Origin: a virus | Taxonomy: Duplodnaviria; Heunggongvirae; Uroviricota; Caudoviricetes | Reading direction: 5' to 3' (one strand) | DNA length: 64,000 bases | IMG/VR virus record: IMGVR_UViG_3300032335_000499 | Shown here: positions 1 through 9,321 of the stretch, in pieces | Layout of the letters: each line of letters starts with the position of its first letter | Position numbering within the stretch: position 1 is the stretch's first letter | Translations under genes and position numbers: made by a program | The notes under the pieces: model-generated | What the model saw: the letters and a program-made list of their open reading frames with translations, nothing else | Told to the model about the DNA's origin: nothing | The model's database searches: none

Positions 1-3
1 GAA

Positions 4-1776
4 ATGGAAGCTATTACTACTATTGACGATAAGGCAGAATTACGCAAAGCATTACTTACTAAATTAAAAGAATTAGGTATTGATGGCTTTGTATATAAGA
101 ACAAATACGAAGACAAGGGTAATATAAGTTATGTAATAGTTGACCCAAGTCAAGTAAAAGTTCTCAGTGTTGAACCTGCTGCTGAAGAAGTCACTGAAGC
201 AAGCCCAAATACATTAGAAGGCAGCTTCACTCCAGACTTAGTTGAGAGTAAGACATGGTTAGCTGAGATGTTAGCTAAGGGTCTTAAGGGCAAGAACGCC
301 GGGACTATCTATGTATTAGGTAGCTGGTATGGCAACATGGGCATCTTCTTACAACAAGCTGGTGTACAGTTTGATAAGCTTGTGTTGATTGAACCTAATG
401 AAAAATGGTTGATGCATAGCAAAGAATTACTTGATACATTGAACGATGAAGGTAAGCTAGTGCTAATTCATCAAAAAGCAGAAGATGCTGTGTATGAAAA
501 GCCAGGTGTAGTTATTAATACTAGCTGCAATGAAACAGGTCCAGTATTCTTAACTAAGCTTCCCGATAATATGCTATGTTTATTACAGGCAAGAAATAAC
601 AATGAAGATACATTATTCCCCACAGAACAAATGGAAGACTTTGTTGATTATTTCCCATTAGAAAAAGTGTACTACACCGGTGAGAAACAATTAGAAGATC
701 CAGAAATCAACTATACTCGCTTTATGAAAATTGGACGTACCGGAAAGAAACTTGATGAAGAATTTCATACCGGCGGTAGTTTAGGATTGCCCTTCCCCGG
801 AACATACGAACAAGAGTACGACATGTTCAAGAGTAAAGGTCCTCGTCGTATCACTACTAGTGAGGCACTTGATAGTTCGTATCCATATGAGGTAGATTAT
901 ACTAAACATCGTTATTATTTTACTACAGAAGACGGCATCAAATATAAAGTATATTTTCAAGGTAAAGACTTAGTTGAAGTAGCATTCAGTGCTATATTGC
1001 CCGGCGAAGAAGAAAACTTTAGACCAGACAAAACTGATTTGACTGGCACTGGCAATAGTAGAAAAGTATTTGGAACAGTTATAGAAATAGTTAAAGAATA
1101 TACTAATAAAAATAAACCTAAGGCAGTATATTTTTCAGCAGCCGGTGATGAACCAAGCAGAATTAAACTATATGACGCTATGATATTACAAGTAGGTAAA
1201 GCATTACCTGACTATTATGCAGAAAAAACACTTGACATTGGCACTGGCAAAGTATATATGCTGAAGCGCAAAGAAAAACAAATTGACGAAGCTCTTGACA
1301 GTTCATATCCATATAGAAATAGTAAACGAAATCCTGGAAATGATTTTTACTTTGACACAGAAGATGGTCAAGAGTATAAGGTTCAATTTAGTAGCATTTG
1401 GGGCGATGACGTTACCGTTGGTTTTGCTGCAAAGGGTCAAGGTGACGAACATAAGATTGGTCTCACTGGTACTGGTAACAGTAGAAAGATATTTGGCACA
1501 GTTATTAAAATTGTAAAAGATTATATCAGAAAATCTAATCCAGAGATAATATCATTCAGTGCTAATAATAGCGAACCAAGCAGAGTAAGACTTTACAAGA
1601 TGCTTGCATCTCAATCAACTAAAGAATTACCTAACTATAATTTTGCAGACGCAATCAACGACGGTGGATTCACAACATATTATCTTACAAAAGATGATGC
1701 TAAAATTCCAACATCAACTAAAGTAAAAGCCAAAGCAGGCAAAGCACTAGATGCTGTATTTGAAGAAGAATTATGA
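4..1776 (+). CDS. Multi-module protein, possibly 5'-truncated by the window edge; SAM-methyltransferase-like module plus a tandem duplicated ~140 aa domain
   Basis: Frame is open to base 1. YVLGSWYGNMG resembles a SAM-binding motif I. Two repeats begin EALDSSYPY and contain LTGTGNSRK(V/I)FGTVI and EPSR..LY. Confidence 0.6.
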   Translation: MEAITTIDDKAELRKALLTKLKELGIDGFVYKNKYEDKGNISYVIVDPSQVKVLSVEPAAEEVTEASPNTLEGSFTPDLVESKTWLAEMLAKGLKGKNAGTIYVLGSWYGNMGIFLQQAGVQFDKLVLIEPNEKWLMHSKELLDTLNDEGKLVLIHQKAEDAVYEKPGVVINTSCNETGPVFLTKLPDNMLCLLQARNNNEDTLFPTEQMEDFVDYFPLEKVYYTGEKQLEDPEINYTRFMKIGRTGKKLDEEFHTGGSLGLPFPGTYEQEYDMFKSKGPRRITTSEALDSSYPYEVDYTKHRYYFTTEDGIKYKVYFQGKDLVEVAFSAILPGEEENFRPDKTDLTGTGNSRKVFGTVIEIVKEYTNKNKPKAVYFSAAGDEPSRIKLYDAMILQVGKALPDYYAEKTLDIGTGKVYMLKRKEKQIDEALDSSYPYRNSKRNPGNDFYFDTEDGQEYKVQFSSIWGDDVTVGFAAKGQGDEHKIGLTGTGNSRKIFGTVIKIVKDYIRKSNPEIISFSANNSEPSRVRLYKMLASQSTKELPNYNFADAINDGGFTTYYLTKDDAKIPTSTKVKAKAGKALDAVFEEEL

Positions 1777-1928
1777 GCCATCTTAAAGAAGTCAATAGAA
1801 GTTACTTTCGTCATTTATATCATGCCTGGAAAGTTGCATTTATACTATTAGTACATGGATTGTTCCCGAATATATGGGAAACTAAAGCTTCTGATAATCT
1901 TTGTCAGCAATCAACACCAAAACGATAA
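1773..1928 (+). CDS. Small protein (51 aa), not in the ORF track; DUF6356-like
   Basis: ATG overlaps the upstream TGA (ATGA). MSHLKEVNRSYFRHLYHAWKVAFILLVHGLFPNIWETKASDNLCQQSTPKR has the HL..Y..H...A....L.VH...P....AS pattern recalled for that family. Confidence 0.6.
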   Translation: MSHLKEVNRSYFRHLYHAWKVAFILLVHGLFPNIWETKASDNLCQQSTPKR

Positions 1929-1931
1929 ATA
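1926..1931 (+). promoter_or_regulatory. Late-type promoter TAAATA upstream of dps
   Basis: T4-late-like core 19 nt before the ATG; the same hexamer recurs before many genes in the window. Confidence 0.6.
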
Positions 1932-1949
1932 GTTTATAGGACTATTAAC

Positions 1950-2393
1950 ATGCTTACTGATACACTTAAAACAATTTTAGCCACCGCTTATGCGCTGTCA
2001 ATCAAGGCACAGAACTTTCACTGGAACGTAGAAGGTCCAGACTTCCCCCAATATCATGATTTCTTTGGTAATTTCTACGAAGAAGTATACAACAATACAA
2101 TTGACCGTACTGCTGAACTGATTCGTCAGCTTGATTCATACACTCCCGGTAGCATCCTTCGCTATGCTGAGTTGAGTCAGATTCAAGATCAGACAAAGAT
2201 TCCTCGTGCAATGCTTATGATGGAAGAACTATATCAAGATAATGCAATTATTCTTGGTATGTATAAGCAAGCGTTCCATGTTGCTGAAGAAGCCGATGAA
2301 CAAGGGATCGCTAATTTCATTGCAGAGCGCATTGACGCACACGCTAAACATCAATGGATGTTGAGAAGCATTCTTAAAACAGCTAGGGCATAA
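1950..2393 (+). CDS. dps: Dps / DNA-binding ferritin-like protein
   Basis: K..NFHWNVEGPDFPQYHDFF, D..AE..R and HAKHQWML ferroxidase motifs. Confidence 0.93.
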   Translation: MLTDTLKTILATAYALSIKAQNFHWNVEGPDFPQYHDFFGNFYEEVYNNTIDRTAELIRQLDSYTPGSILRYAELSQIQDQTKIPRAMLMMEELYQDNAIILGMYKQAFHVAEEADEQGIANFIAERIDAHAKHQWMLRSILKTARA

Positions 2394-2395
2394 TT

Positions 2396-5347
2396 GTGAA
2401 AGCAACAGATATCTACAGTCTTCTTGAAGCACAACAAGAACTATTTGAAGTGGCAATGAACCCTTCAAATCTTAAAAAACTTGCGGCGGCTATTCCCGGC
2501 GTACAAGTAGGTATGGAATTTGAAATGGTCGTCCCTGACGCTCAAGGCGAAGACGAGGATGACTTTGAGTACGAACCAGACTACGGTCGTGATGAAAGAG
2601 CAACCGACATTGATGATATTGTTCGCTTCTTTGGTGAAGAAGATGACTATGTGGGAAATAACAATAGTGAGCGTCAACTAGAACGTCTCAGAGAAGATCT
2701 TAATGAAAAGTTCTATGAGTGGCAGAGCGAAAAAATTGACGAAGAATGGAATAGCGACGAAGGTAAAGAATACTTTATTAAATGGGTCAAAGACAACGTA
2801 GACCCTGACGATATTGCTGACCACGTAGATAAAGAAGAAGATTTATTCGGTAACAGAAATCCTGATGGATCTGATTATATGGAGTTCGTTGAAGCTGCAT
2901 GGGAAGAAAGTTTTAACGACGATAATTATCAAAATGCATACGATGAATTCCGCGAAGGCCGCGAAGGCGATTTTGACGAGGAAACATTCCTAAGAGATAT
3001 CGGCATTCGTGACATGTCAGATGTTGCTAATAGAGTCAGTGTAGACATTTCTTGGCCATATTATGAATCAAACTACGGTGGCGACGGTGGTGAAGATGTT
3101 GAAAGCATCGGTAATGATTTTAGTGATGCGATTGGTAAGCCAGTCTACACCAGTACAAGTTATCACGGCGCAAGACGAGAGCCGGGTGCATATTCACTAG
3201 AACCAGATGGCAGTATTGATGCTAGTTCAGGTGAAGCTGGATTAGAATTCATTAGTCCGCCAATGGACGTTGATGAAATGATTGAGGATCTGAAGGCTGT
3301 TAAGAAATGGGCAGATGATAGAGGTTGCTATACTAATAGATCAACTGGTTTGCACATTAACGTAAGTATTCCTGACTATAGCCTTGACAAACTTGATTAT
3401 GTTAAGCTAGCTGTGTTGTTAGGTGACAAGTACATATTAGAACAATTCGGTCGTCTTAGTAACAGCTATGCTAAATCAGCACTTGATGTCATTAAAGAAC
3501 GTGCTAAAAACAATGAAGATGTTGATAGACTATTAAAGCAACTCAAAGGCAATGTAGAAACCATTGCTAGTAAAATTCTACATAGCGGTCGAACAGATAA
3601 GTTCACTAGTATCAACACTAAAGACAAATATGTAGAGTTTCGCAGTGCCGGCGGTGACTGGTTAGATAAAAACTTTGACAAGATTGAAAATACTATATTG
3701 AGAAATATCGTAGCACTTGATGCTGCATGTGATCCAAACAAGTATAAGAAAGAATATCAAAAAGCTTTATATAAACTATTAAAGCCAAAAGATGAAAAAA
3801 GCGATATGAGTATGTTTGCTAGATATATGTCTGGTGAAATTAATCGTAGTGAATATGTCGATAGTCTTGAAAAATCTAGAACAGAACGATTCAGAGAGCA
3901 AGGTATTAGAATCCTTAAGCCAAATGAATTAGAAGAAAATGACTGGGCAATCACATATGATGATGGTAAGACTCAAGAGACCATCTATATCGCAAACACT
4001 GATAAAGTCCCTACAGAAGAAGCTGCATTCAATGCTGCTAAGAAATTCAAGCCGCAATGGTTCAAGCCAAATACAATTGATTATATCACAGTAAAGCCAT
4101 ATAAGTTTGATGAAGCATTGAAAGATCTTAAACTATATCGTGCTGATTATTCTTACAAAACAACAGCAGTGGTTGCCAAAGATGAAGAACAAGCCAGAGA
4201 ATTTATCAGAATAATGGACCCTGAATTCTTTGCTGCAAATCCTGATGAAAAAATTTCAATTACTGATGAGAATGTATCATCAATGAGAAAAATTAAGGAA
4301 ATGAATGACTGGGTGCAGGATAAGCTAGATAAGGGCAGAGCATGGATAGCTCGTCCAAAGATTTGGCTGGCTAGAGGCAGAGCAAGTGAACCAGCTTTTT
4401 CAAATCGTTATTACATTTCTGCGGTAACTCGTGATGACGCAATTGCTGTATTGAACCGATTAGATCCGGGCTACAGAATTGAGGATCTATATGTCACTGA
4501 GGAATACCCAAGTGACAGCAATTACGAAGCTTATAAGACGGCTCAGGAAGATTTAATTCGTCAATATGAGGCGGAACGTATACAGAGACAAGCCTCACAA
4601 GATGAAACTATTGATATTTCAAATCTTAAGGGATATCGTGTAAGCAACAGTACTACCTATATGTATGTTGTTGCTGAGAACGGTGGAGAAGCAGCAGAGA
4701 TTGCAAGTAAGATAGATCCAGAAAGATTCCCCAACATCGCTGATATTACAGTACAGGACGCAGGTTCAATCGGTGCGGATACACTGATTAGAGGTATGTA
4801 TGCTAGACAACAAAGTCTATTAGGCAATCAGCAACCAGCAGCACCTAAGTTTGAAGTTAATGATAGAGTTGAAGTTGTGTCTGGTTACCCAAGCTTAATA
4901 GGCATGGTGGGTACAGTACTACAAGTAAGTCCTAATTACGATTTCGTTAGTGTGCAGCTTGCCGGTAACAACGAAGCAAGTTCATTCCCTACATCTGCAC
5001 TTAAGAAGGCTGAGGAGCCTACTCAATCTAGCAACAATGACTTCCGTACATATACAGTTACTAACACTGAAACAGGTCAAGCCCGCCGCTTTGCTGCTAC
5101 AAGTGAAGAAGATGCGATTAATATAGGAAGACGGGAATATCCTGCAATGTTTAATACTGGTAATGTTACTGCTGAGGTCGCCTCAATCGGTACTCGTATC
5201 AGCGAGCTACGCTATTACAGAGTAGAAAGACAAGATGCTAGTGGAAGAGCCGATTTAGCTGCGGCTAGTCCAGAAGATGCAATGAATCGGGCTAGAGAAC
5301 GAAATCCGACTTGGGCAAATAGTCCATTGAGAGCAGAGCTACTTTAA
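2396..5347 (+). CDS. Putative amidoligase-family (COOH-NH2 ligase) protein with an acidic insert and C-terminal repeats
   Basis: VGMEFE, LEPDGS, GLEFISPP, TNRSTGLHINVS and YVEFRSAGG motifs; GTG start. Confidence 0.75.
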   Translation: MKATDIYSLLEAQQELFEVAMNPSNLKKLAAAIPGVQVGMEFEMVVPDAQGEDEDDFEYEPDYGRDERATDIDDIVRFFGEEDDYVGNNNSERQLERLREDLNEKFYEWQSEKIDEEWNSDEGKEYFIKWVKDNVDPDDIADHVDKEEDLFGNRNPDGSDYMEFVEAAWEESFNDDNYQNAYDEFREGREGDFDEETFLRDIGIRDMSDVANRVSVDISWPYYESNYGGDGGEDVESIGNDFSDAIGKPVYTSTSYHGARREPGAYSLEPDGSIDASSGEAGLEFISPPMDVDEMIEDLKAVKKWADDRGCYTNRSTGLHINVSIPDYSLDKLDYVKLAVLLGDKYILEQFGRLSNSYAKSALDVIKERAKNNEDVDRLLKQLKGNVETIASKILHSGRTDKFTSINTKDKYVEFRSAGGDWLDKNFDKIENTILRNIVALDAACDPNKYKKEYQKALYKLLKPKDEKSDMSMFARYMSGEINRSEYVDSLEKSRTERFREQGIRILKPNELEENDWAITYDDGKTQETIYIANTDKVPTEEAAFNAAKKFKPQWFKPNTIDYITVKPYKFDEALKDLKLYRADYSYKTTAVVAKDEEQAREFIRIMDPEFFAANPDEKISITDENVSSMRKIKEMNDWVQDKLDKGRAWIARPKIWLARGRASEPAFSNRYYISAVTRDDAIAVLNRLDPGYRIEDLYVTEEYPSDSNYEAYKTAQEDLIRQYEAERIQRQASQDETIDISNLKGYRVSNSTTYMYVVAENGGEAAEIASKIDPERFPNIADITVQDAGSIGADTLIRGMYARQQSLLGNQQPAAPKFEVNDRVEVVSGYPSLIGMVGTVLQVSPNYDFVSVQLAGNNEASSFPTSALKKAEEPTQSSNNDFRTYTVTNTETGQARRFAATSEEDAINIGRREYPAMFNTGNVTAEVASIGTRISELRYYRVERQDASGRADLAAASPEDAMNRARERNPTWANSPLRAELL

Positions 5348-5349
5348 TT

Positions 5350-5835
5350 GTGCGCGCCAAAGAGTTCATATTAGAATATAAGGTAGACAATGTTGAGGGT
5401 CTAGGTTCAGTTCCCTACAACTCTAATGTAGACTACCGTGGACTAAGAGTAGCAATGAAACCTAGTGTATTCCTATCACTCGCTGCACACTTATCAGAGC
5501 CTGGTAGTGTAGATTATATCGCACAACATTTAAAAGACGGTGGTAGCTTAGGTGCGCCATTTTTAACGGTAGATATACCAGAGAAATATTTTGACGGTAA
5601 CTTCTCCGGACTTAATTATGCAAATGTAACTGGACATGAAGGTCGCAATCGTATGCTAGCCATTCAGAAAGTTCACGGTGATGACCCTGTTGAGGTACAT
5701 ATCTTCCCTAAAGGCGAAATCAGAGCTAGACACCTTACTCCTGACATTGTAGAGCAGTTACAGGTAGCTATGCGAAATCAAGATGGTAAACTGACTTTTG
5801 GTAAACTTCCTGGATTATTATTTGACCTAATGTGA
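5350..5835 (+). CDS. ParB/sulfiredoxin-like domain protein
   Basis: APFL...VTGHEGRNRMLA motif; N-terminus MRAKEFILE. Confidence 0.55.
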   Translation: MRAKEFILEYKVDNVEGLGSVPYNSNVDYRGLRVAMKPSVFLSLAAHLSEPGSVDYIAQHLKDGGSLGAPFLTVDIPEKYFDGNFSGLNYANVTGHEGRNRMLAIQKVHGDDPVEVHIFPKGEIRARHLTPDIVEQLQVAMRNQDGKLTFGKLPGLLFDLM

Positions 5836-5844
5836 AAATAAAGG

Positions 5845-5897
5845 TTGACATTGGTATTGAACGGTGCTATAGTAGTTTTAGTAAGTCGTGATAAATA
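5845..5897 (+). promoter_or_regulatory. Tandem sigma70-like promoter (TTGACA 5845, TATAGT 5868) and late TAAATA (5892)
   Basis: 17-nt spacer between -35 and -10, read directly. Confidence 0.75.
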
Positions 5898-5920
5898 CTC
5901 TAATAGATAAAGGGTTACAT

Positions 5921-6259
5921 ATGAAAATTACCGAGCTACTCGCAGAGTCACAGTACGACGATTGGGACAAGGAAGAAGAACTTCCCGGAGATCCTGACCA
6001 AGATAAGGTTCCTAACCTCATCATTCAATTCAAGAAGTCAATGGACGTAGACGGTCGTTACCCTATCGTGTTTCGTGATGGAAGCAAGGTAAAGATTCCA
6101 ACTCAGATTATGGTTGACTTTCTCAACAAGTATGATGAACTAAAGCCAATGGATCGTGAAACTATGCAAAATCTTGCTGCACAGTCTGTTGACAAGTTCA
6201 AGGAAGTTCTTGCGACTTTCAAGGGTGAAAAGCCTGAACGGAGTATCTACAACAGATGA
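5921..6259 (+). CDS. Hypothetical protein (MKITELLAE start)
   Basis: ATG 5921 follows the late promoter; preferred over the ORF-track start at 5888. Confidence 0.65.
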   Translation: MKITELLAESQYDDWDKEEELPGDPDQDKVPNLIIQFKKSMDVDGRYPIVFRDGSKVKIPTQIMVDFLNKYDELKPMDRETMQNLAAQSVDKFKEVLATFKGEKPERSIYNR

Positions 6260-6699
6260 GAAAGTTTCTCGCTCTAGCACTTGTATTGCTAACCGCCCCA
6301 ACCGCAGCACTTGCTCAAAAAACACCTGCTGGTGTAACTTATGATACTCTAATCATAAGAGCAACTGACGGTGATACTGTAGTGATTGCAGCACCCTTTT
6401 TGCCAGCTCCACTAAAGCCTGAACTTGCAGTAAGAGTTTTCGGAGTTGATACTCCTGAAAAAGGCTTTAGAGGACAGTGCGAGAGCGAAAAGAAGCGCGG
6501 CGAACAAGCTAGCGAATTCACTAAATTAGTAGTCAAATCTACAAAAAAGCATCAAGTCATTCTATACGGCTGGGACAAGTTCGGTGGTCGTGTACTCGGA
6601 GACATCATTCTTGATGGCATGAGTCTTCGTTCATTATTGATTACAAACGGTTTCGCTCGTGAATATTACGGCGATGCAAAGCAATCCTGGTGCAATTGA
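6256..6699 (+). CDS. Thermonuclease (SNase-like) with N-terminal signal peptide
   Basis: DGDT, RVFGVDTPE and DKFGGRVLG motifs. Confidence 0.88.
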   Translation: MRKFLALALVLLTAPTAALAQKTPAGVTYDTLIIRATDGDTVVIAAPFLPAPLKPELAVRVFGVDTPEKGFRGQCESEKKRGEQASEFTKLVVKSTKKHQVILYGWDKFGGRVLGDIILDGMSLRSLLITNGFAREYYGDAKQSWCN

Positions 6700-6740
6700 A
6701 CCCTGCATTAAACTAGTACTTTAATTTTTACCCAAAACAC

Positions 6741-6776
6741 TAAATATTATAGAACTCCGTAGATTAAATCTACGGA
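6741..6776 (+). promoter_or_regulatory. Late promoter TAAATA followed by a 9-bp leader hairpin; heads the csg/cyclase operon
   Basis: TAAATA 6741-6746; TCCGTAGAT-TAA-ATCTACGGA 6756-6776. Confidence 0.6.
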
Positions 6777-6807
6777 TTTCCAATAATAACTATAAAAAGA
6801 GGTGCGG

Positions 6808-7089
6808 ATGGGAGAATTTTTTAAGCTAGTTGCCGATGTGGGCTTTCCTATTGCTGCCGCGGTAGCATCAGGATATTTTGTATTTCTAACATTGAAGTTT
6901 ATTCTTGCAGGTGTTACTGGCAGTATCAGTAGCATGAACGGTATTATCACGGCATTAGACAATCGTGTTAAAACTATGAATCACGATGTTATTCGTATTG
7001 ATACAGTAGTCAGTAATGCATTAGGTCTTAGACCAGATATTAGCCGCGTGGCTCGTGCCGACGGTAAAAATGATGCAAGGAAAGACTAA
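6808..7089 (+). CDS. Small membrane protein A (single TM plus helical tail)
   Basis: KLVADVGFPIAAAVASGYFVF; paralog of the next gene. Confidence 0.75.
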   Translation: MGEFFKLVADVGFPIAAAVASGYFVFLTLKFILAGVTGSISSMNGIITALDNRVKTMNHDVIRIDTVVSNALGLRPDISRVARADGKNDARKD

Positions 7090-7394
7090 TGGGACCAAAT
7101 ATAGCTAAATTAATCGGTGAATATGGTTTTCCTATCGTTGCTGCATTTGGCATGGGGTACTTCGTGTACTATGTATGGAAGTGGGCAACTACAGAAGTTA
7201 AACCTGTATTAAGTGAGGCTAACGGTACGCTAATTGCACTTATTGATCGTATTCGTATGCTTGATAACGATTTGATTCGTCTCAACCAAAAAGTTGATAC
7301 CGTATTGCACTTGCGCGGCAAGACTATTGAACGTGAAAGAGTAGAAGCAGAATATCAAATTAATCAATCAACAAAAACAGAAGATAAGGCATAA
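7089..7394 (+). CDS. Small membrane protein B (paralog of A)
   Basis: KLIGEYGFPIVAAFGMGYFVY; start overlaps the stop of A. Confidence 0.75.
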   Translation: MGPNIAKLIGEYGFPIVAAFGMGYFVYYVWKWATTEVKPVLSEANGTLIALIDRIRMLDNDLIRLNQKVDTVLHLRGKTIERERVEAEYQINQSTKTEDKA

Positions 7395-7397
7395 TCA

Positions 7398-7841
7398 ATG
7401 CTAAAGCGTTCACTCATACTATCATTGCTATTAGTAAGCACTCCAGTGCAGGCTACCGAACTGGTATTCCAATTTAAGAATCCATCATTCTCCGGCATCA
7501 ACACCGGAGCGCAATGGTTGACTATTGAGAATCAAGAAACTCTACGTAAGAAAGCTATACAAGATAAGATAGAAGCAGATCTAAAAGCAAAAGCGTTGGA
7601 AGAAAAGAACTCCATTCTAAATCGCTTCTTGAATAATCTACAATCTCGTATATACTCCCAATTGGCTCAACAGTTGACTAATAATCTGTTTGGAGAAATG
7701 GGCGGAGAATCTGGAGAGTTTACCCTTGAAGGTAATGTCATTAAGTATGAAAAGACTGATACTGAGATAAAGTTAGTTATCGTTGACGCTCAAGGTAATC
7801 AGACAGAAATCATAGTTCCAACTAGCGGATTTAAATGGTAA
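7398..7841 (+). CDS. csgF: Curli assembly component CsgF-like
   Basis: Signal peptide, then ELVFQFKNPSFSG, matching the CsgF mature N-terminus (E. coli TFQFRNPNFGG). Confidence 0.82.
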   Translation: MLKRSLILSLLLVSTPVQATELVFQFKNPSFSGINTGAQWLTIENQETLRKKAIQDKIEADLKAKALEEKNSILNRFLNNLQSRIYSQLAQQLTNNLFGEMGGESGEFTLEGNVIKYEKTDTEIKLVIVDAQGNQTEIIVPTSGFKW

Positions 7842-8629
7842 TGAATTGGAAGCTTCTCATATTACCATTCATACTTAGTGGTTGCGTAGCATCTGGCCCA
7901 GCCGGTCTTCAATTAAAAGAAGACCCAGTGAAGATGACTACCCAAGTCAAAGAGTTATATAATCTTCCTGCTCCAGAAAGGCAAGCTGTTGTAGCAGTAT
8001 ATGACTTTCCTGATTTGACAGGCCAGCGCAAAGATAAAGATGGTATAGCAAGTATATCAACTGCTGTTACACAAGGCGGCACTCCTCTTCTAATATCTGC
8101 ATTGCGGGATGCTGGTGGCGGAACATGGTTTAGAGTTGTAGAGCGCAATAGGGTCGATGACCTTGCAAAAGAACGTCAAATTGTTCGTACAACTCGTGAA
8201 GAATATGTTGGTGAAGGTGCAAATAAACTTGAGCCAATGCTGTTTGCTGGTCTTATCGTTCAAGGTGGCATCATCGGTTATGATACTAACATACAGTCAG
8301 GCGGAGTAGGGGCAAGATATCTCGGCATAGGTGGAACAACTAGTTACCGAAAAGATCAAGTAGTTATAGCATTACGCGGAGTCAATACTAATACCGGCGA
8401 AATAATCCTAAACGTACAAGTTTCAAAAACTGTATTATCTGTAGGTAGAGACCTTTCTCTTTTCAAATTCGTAGATGTTGGTACAAAACTAGTTGAAGCA
8501 GAAATCGGTATGACAGAGAATGAAGCAAATACAATGGCAGTTAAGATGGCCACAGAAGAAGCAGTGCTACAACTGATTAAACAAGGCGTAGAGAAAGGGT
8601 ACTTTAAATACAAGGAAGAAAAACAATGA
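7835..8629 (+). CDS. csgG: Curli secretion channel CsgG-like (CsgG/HfaB family) lipoprotein
   Basis: Lipobox LSGC; VAVYDFPDLTGQRK, STAVTQG, WFRVVER, KERQIVR, GYDTNIQSGGVGARYLGIG. Confidence 0.93.
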   Translation: MVMNWKLLILPFILSGCVASGPAGLQLKEDPVKMTTQVKELYNLPAPERQAVVAVYDFPDLTGQRKDKDGIASISTAVTQGGTPLLISALRDAGGGTWFRVVERNRVDDLAKERQIVRTTREEYVGEGANKLEPMLFAGLIVQGGIIGYDTNIQSGGVGARYLGIGGTTSYRKDQVVIALRGVNTNTGEIILNVQVSKTVLSVGRDLSLFKFVDVGTKLVEAEIGMTENEANTMAVKMATEEAVLQLIKQGVEKGYFKYKEEKQ

Positions 8630-9321
8630 AATTTAAGTCAATGATGTTTATTATGGCTATGTTGTCTAGTTCGTTGGCTTTTGCACAGTCAACTACTAAC
8701 TCAATTTTTATTGAGCAGGTAGGGGATAACAGCACTATTACTATTGTTCAGAAAGGTCAGAACAATAGAATCGGTTCCGAACAAAATAGATTAATGCTTG
8801 ACGGTAACGGACAAATAATCAATACAACACAAGAAGGTAACAATAACCTTATTCAGGGTTCTATTGTTCAAGCTGACAATGTTTCGACTGATACTACAGT
8901 TACTGGTGATAGTAACACTATAACTTATGACCGTGGTGATGCAGCTAGCGTATCTGGTTCATCCGAAACAGTAGTAGTTACTGGCAGTACAAACAATCTC
9001 ACATTCAATCAAGGAACAGCGGCATCTGCTACAGGTGCTACTCAAACTATTGAAATAACTGGTGACACCAACACTCTTACATCTACTATAAACGCAGATG
9101 ACGTAGTGAATACTAAGACAATAGCAGGTGACGGAAACACTATTACCACTGTACAGGATGGTACTGCTGGAAAGAATATTGAAATGCTTCTTACCGGTAA
9201 CACTAATACCGTAACTGTAAATCAAAAGAGTACAAATAATGTCGATACACTTAAGATCGATAGCACGAGCAGCGGCAGCACTATTACTATTAATCAGTGT
9301 AATGCCGGCGGCCCATGCTAA
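8626..9321 (+). CDS. Curlin-repeat (CsgA/CsgB-like) secreted protein
   Basis: Signal peptide; about 7 repeats of (I/V)xGxxNx(I/V/L), several with Q (IEQVGDNSTITIVQKGQNN, TQEGNNN, LTGNTNTVTVNQ). Confidence 0.8.
   Translation: MKFKSMMFIMAMLSSSLAFAQSTTNSIFIEQVGDNSTITIVQKGQNNRIGSEQNRLMLDGNGQIINTTQEGNNNLIQGSIVQADNVSTDTTVTGDSNTITYDRGDAASVSGSSETVVVTGSTNNLTFNQGTAASATGATQTIEITGDTNTLTSTINADDVVNTKTIAGDGNTITTVQDGTAGKNIEMLLTGNTNTVTVNQKSTNNVDTLKIDSTSSGSTITINQCNAGGPC

Noticed and set aside
4-150. ADP-ribosyltransferase-like fragment at the start of ORF1 (GIDGFVYKN..E...SYVIVDPSQVK)
   Set aside because: Only the tail of a possible domain is inside the window; too little to call.
6808-7394. Holin/antiholin or spanin call for the two membrane genes
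   Set aside because: No endolysin adjacent, no lipobox or nested spanin frame, and they are coupled to csgF/csgG. Not excluded experimentally.
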